A stretch of 62,951 nucleotides of DNA, the filler included, from Octopus bimaculoides (lineage: Eukaryota), in the NCBI RefSeq assembly GCF_001194135.2. It is 3 parts of 3 records of this genome, joined end to end, with 100 filler letters (N's around TTAATTAATTAA, not from the genome) between each part and the next. Parts side by side here need not be neighbours in the genome. Positions count along the whole stretch, not along the records: positions 49,730 to 62,951 come from NC_068983.1; 2 more parts are not named here. One strand, given 5' to 3'. Each line of letters begins with the position of its first letter. Positions within the stretch are counted from its first letter, which is position 1. Below the pieces are notes generated by a model that did not search any database, was not told where the DNA came from, and saw nothing but the letters and a program-made list of their open reading frames with translations. Of the stretch, positions 61,895 to 62,951 are shown in pieces. The position numbers were made by a program, and so were the translations under genes.

Positions 61895-62951
61895 ATTTTG
61901 CTCGATGTTTATGTTTACAAAATACGAAGGCATGAGTACTTTATTTAATATGTTTTTAATTGTTTTACTCGCCTTTAGTATACAACTCGATGCAAATCCT
62001 ACAAGACTTTGTGTGCGTGTTATATGGTGTTCAGTCAGTTATAATCCATCACCTTAAATTATACTCAATCTTAGTCTTATAGAGGTGATTAATGTATGAT
62101 GCTAATGTAGTGGAGTTCTTTTTTTATATTAGGGTTAATAAATGAATTCTTGTGTCTCCTATATCTATTTTTAAAAGTCAATAGTACTCCCTGTATAAAT
62201 ATTCCTATGCCTTGTAGGATTTACTATACTAACTTCGGGATTTTCCGCGATTTCTCTAACTGCGATTTTCCTCAGAAAATTTCCTTCTAAAAGACATGAT
62301 TCCTGGGAGCGGTAGTTACAAGTTTTATTTAAGGATTTAGTAGTGGTACTCCTATCCGCTATATCAAGGCTAAAGTTTGTTTCAATAGAAGCTGGCCCCA
62401 TAGGCTCTATATTTGAACTAATACTGATATTATTACTAAGTTTATATCTATTTGCGGCTATAATCGAGCCTAAATTTGGAGTTGTCGAGTATGACAATTT
62501 CAAACAATGTTGAGAATTGAGTGGTGTTTATGTCCTTGGGGAAGATTTCTTCAACACTCTTATAAAATATTTTAGTGAGGTTCCTCATTTAGAGGGGAAA
62601 ATGTGGATTGAAGCAAATTATATCCAGTTTCCTAGATTTCTTATTATAATTTTTATTAGTAGTAACAGTCTGGCTATAATTCATGTTTCTAAAATCATAT
62701 GGCTTATGCATAAATTTATCTGGTTGCTTATTACTGGTTTATCTATATTTAATGCTTTAAAAAAAAAATTGTATTGTATATATAATAAATTTCCTGATTT
62801 TTATGTTCATATTCTTATATTTCTATATCTTTATTATCTATGTTTTAATATAAATATGTGGTTATTTGAATGCTAGGATTTGATTTGCTCGTCTGATTGT
62901 TTACGACTAATATTTGAAATTTATTTCTTATACAAAATTTTATATGGATAT
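61895..62951 (-). mobile_element. Decayed Penelope-like element: RT-EN linker and GIY-YIG endonuclease
   Basis: KSRKLDIICFNPHF...KLSYSTTPNLGSIIA...KTCNYRSQESCLLEGNFL...IYTGSTIDF, frameshift, KNRYRRHKNSF...STTLASYI...CRIC...LNK...CKHKH; stops and frameshifts; runs off the window end. Confidence 0.88.

Overview
Eukaryotic, AT-rich, microsatellite-dense draft-assembly DNA with many N gaps. The repeat families resemble those of octopus (organism is inferred, not shown). No intact protein-coding gene, tRNA, rRNA or CRISPR array could be supported; most long ORF-track entries are microsatellite or N-gap read-throughs. Two identical synthetic 100-bp joins (N44-TTAATTAATTAA-N44 at 24060-24159 and 49630-49729) split the window into three blocks. 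The middle block is packed with SINEs and RTE-LINE 3' ends and shows CpG decay. The flanking blocks keep CpGs and carry decayed Dong/R4, Tc1, Tigger-like and Penelope fragments. The best candidate for an undescribed system is a tRNA-headed SINE with a minimal hammerhead-ribozyme tail and a Penelope-style inverted tail copy (37835-38210). A second fold-back family with a degenerate hammerhead (36 kb and 56.5-57 kb) and a Penelope GIY-YIG fragment (61.9-62.95 kb) fit the same model. Several splice-site-bounded minus-strand exon candidates hint at an unidentified host transcript. SINE-A, SINE-B, SINE-C and SINE-H are local labels, not database names, and element boundaries are approximate unless a TIR, TSD or splice site is quoted.
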